Shown here: positions 61,060 through 64,000 of the stretch, in pieces
How the letters are laid out: each line of letters opens with the position of its first letter
Numbering within the stretch: position 1 is the stretch's first letter
Program-made: the position numbers and the translations under genes
Origin: Octopus sinensis
Lineage: Eukaryota
DNA: 64,000 nt
Assembly (NCBI RefSeq): GCF_006345805.1
Contig: NC_043012.1
Span: forward strand, 54,870,001-54,934,000
Direction: 5' to 3'
The notes under the pieces: model-generated
The model's database searches: none
The model's input: the letters and a program-made list of their open reading frames with translations, nothing else
What the model was told of the DNA's origin: nothing

Positions 61060-62448
61060 TTTATATATATATGTTATATTTTGTGAAATTTGATTTAGTA
61101 TTTCTAAATTGAATTTTTCCCTGTAAGTTTGGAATAATATTCCCTCAAATAATAATGATTATTATTATATATATATATACACACATATATATATATATAG
61201 GTGCAGGCATGGTTGTATGGTAAGAAATTTACTTTGCATGGTTTTGAGTTCAGCTCCATTCTGCTGGACCTTTGAATATTGTCCCCTACTATAGCCTCAG
61301 GCCGTTTAATGCATTGTGAGTGAATTTGAAAGGCAGAAGCTGATTGTGTATGTATATCTATCTGTGTGTGTGCATGAATGTTGGCATAACACAGCTCAAA
61401 TGTCACTGACTGAATGAAACGGTGATAATTTTTATTGTTTGTTGACATTATGACCTTTCACTTTGTGGTTTTTAAGAACAGTAGAATGCAAAAATATATC
61501 CCTTACTTAAAAAAAACAAATAAGAGTTGGCAACAGGAAGAGCATCTGGTTGTAAATTCCTGCCTCAAATAAAACCCACCCTAGTATAACAAACAGATGC
61601 TAGCATGACACCCAACCCATGCTAGTATGACAAACAGATGTTAAAAACAAACGAACAGTAAATACACACAGACACACACACGCATAAGTGTTAAAAGATG
61701 GGATATTTTGAAGCTATGATGGGTTTAATATTTCACTAAAATAAATGTTAACTTTCTGACTGAAGCGTTCAGTTTTAGATTAACTTTGCTGTGTGGAGGT
61801 GGCTGCCTTTCACAGTGTATGTTTTAGAAATCATTTTAAATTCTTCCTAACCTAATTTTTTTTCTCAAAAGTGGTCTAGTCATGGTGAAATGCTTGATTT
61901 ATAGTGTATGTCACTTCAGGCTTTGTTGAAAGTAATTAGTTTTGTATATCCCAAATGTCTATTGAATATGTTTTCTTCTGGATAAACTAGAGGCCATTTT
62001 TATATAGTGACTGAAACTATCGACCAATATCTCTCTCTTTCTCAAATCACACACTGCCATTTTAAATAAGGAATGAACATGTATGACAATGTCCTGCTAG
62101 AAGCAATTGTCCAAATTCCTCATGAACCACACCCCACCATTTTAGGGGAGAAGATGCATTGCATGGTGTAGTCCATTTTGTAGCTCAACCTGCTAGAAAT
62201 AGCAGCTTAAATATCAAATCACACCCTACAACTTTAAGTAAAGAAAAGAAAGGATACACTGTATGATGTATTCCTATATGAAATAAATGCCCAACTCTTT
62301 CTCAAATCACACCTTGCTATCTTAAAAATGGAAGGACATCAGTTATATGTAATGCTAGATATACAATGCTTTTAAGAAATAAAAGACGATATATTCATGG
62401 CTGGAATGGTTTTGATCAAGCAACATCAATCTTCTAGATATTTTCTAT

Positions 62449-62614
62449 AGGTGTAAGAGTGGCTGTGTGGTAAGTAGCTTGCTTACCAACCACATGGTTC
62501 CGGGTTCAGTCCCACTGCATGGCACCTTGGGCAAGTGTCTTCTATTATAGCCTCAGGCTGACCAAAGCCTTGTGAGTGGATTTGGTAGACTGAAACTGAA
62601 AGAAGCCTGTCGCA

Positions 62615-62653
<39 letters not shown>

Positions 62654-62871
62654 GTGAGTGTGTGTGTATGTTTGTGTCTGTGTTTGTCCACCGAACATCG
62701 CTTGACAACCGATGCCAGTGTGTTTACATCCCAGTAACTTGGCAGTTTGGCAAAAGAGACCGATAGAATAAGTACTAGGCTTACAAAGAGTAAGTCCTGG
62801 GGTCGATTTGCTTGGCTAAAGGCGGTGCTCCAGCATGACCACAATCAAATGATTGAAACAAGTAAAGGAGT
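62449..62871 (+). mobile_element. Family A SINE, full length
   Basis: Matches the consensus. Confidence 0.9.
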
Positions 62872-63300
62872 ATACAGTTACCAAACCTACCCAATTTACC
62901 AGCCAGTATCTCCTGTAGCTGACATCCAACTATAAATACAAAACAAAACAACTAAACTTTTTTCCAATTGCTACAAAATTTGACTTCTTTACAATGTTGA
63001 GCTGTGTGTGTGTATGTGTCTGTTTCTCTCTCTCCCTTTCCACAGTTCCTATTTACATATAGGTGAACCAGGCCATTCAGATAAATTATCTTGACCTTGG
63101 ATACAATATCAGTTACTCAACTACATTCTTCACAGTGTGAAGCAAATAAGAATTAAATGTACTCCTGGATAGGAAGCTAATCTATTACAGGTAGTTTTTA
63201 CCTATATGAAACAATTTAATTCACATTTGCCCAAAAGATTAACAAAGTAAATGCTCGTCATTATCATACACTGCCATTACCCATAGCAGTGAATTTTAAT

Positions 63301-63384
63301 CCATTGGTGATTCCTGCATGTCCATTGGTGGTTCCTACATGTCTATTGGTGGTTCCTACATGTCCATTGGTGGTTCTTGTATGG
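63301..63384. repeat. 21-bp minisatellite x4 (CCATTGGTGGTTCCTACATGT)
   Basis: Direct inspection. Confidence 0.9.
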
Positions 63385-64000
63385 AGCTGGATGACTGCAA
63401 CTGCTGAGAATTGTCTTAGTTTTGAACACAATGCAACCCCTGGTTTTGTGTTTTTTGCTGGTTAGTCTCTGGCCAAAGAGCAGTGCTCAGGACCATTCCT
63501 CAAGATAAAACCAATAATAAACATGGCCCTCCAAGAATGGTGAGATTTTTGTAGTTTGTGTTCAGTTTGAATTTGTGTAGACTAATGATTTATTCAATCA
63601 TCAGCAATTGCTTAGCTGTGTAAGAGTCTAAGAAATACCTATAATTGTCCATGGCACATTTCTCCCCTCTCTATCCATGACAATATAATCCAAAAGAAAG
63701 TCAATGACTGATGTAGCTTGGCACCAGTGTTATTCCAGGAATTGATTCAATGAAGCTGAAGATAATTTTGGACTGATTTATGGACTCAAGTTCCTGGTTT
63801 GCAATCAACTAAATTGAAACCCCCATCCACCCATGCTCTCTTGGTACTGGTACTTTTCTTTTCTTATAAACTTCAGAAAGATAAAGGGCAAATTTATCTT
63901 CAGAGGGATTCAAAGGTAAAAGATAAAGAACTGGTAGTAATACTGCGAGGCATATTGTCGTGATACTCTAACAATTTTGTTATCAACTGCACTTGGCCAA

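Overview
AT-rich, repeat-saturated animal genomic DNA, most likely an octopus; I recognise the SINE families from memory and have not verified this by search. There are no prokaryotic genes, rRNA, true tRNA or CRISPR arrays. One convincing host coding region is present: a 677-codon low-complexity ORF at 34579-36612 (+) with no family I can name. The rest is microsatellite plus mobile-element debris: a near-complete Tigger/pogo remnant, a mariner remnant, RTE-type LINE remnants, a Penelope-like (PLE) GIY-YIG remnant, hAT-, piggyBac-, Tc1- and possibly Merlin-type MITEs, Helitron-like pieces and several tRNA-derived SINE families. The most notable unannotated signal is a set of type-I hammerhead ribozyme (HHR) motifs from several distinct repeat families. 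Five have a fully intact catalytic core (3079-3166, 3727-3814, 9863-9977, 19759-19802, 60453-60489) and several more are decayed. Most have a self-complementary stem III, some have an unusually long branched stem II (59-88 nt), and they recur as divergent inverted pairs. All structures were folded by eye, and activity is untested. Most short ORFs in the supplied track are microsatellite or SINE artefacts.
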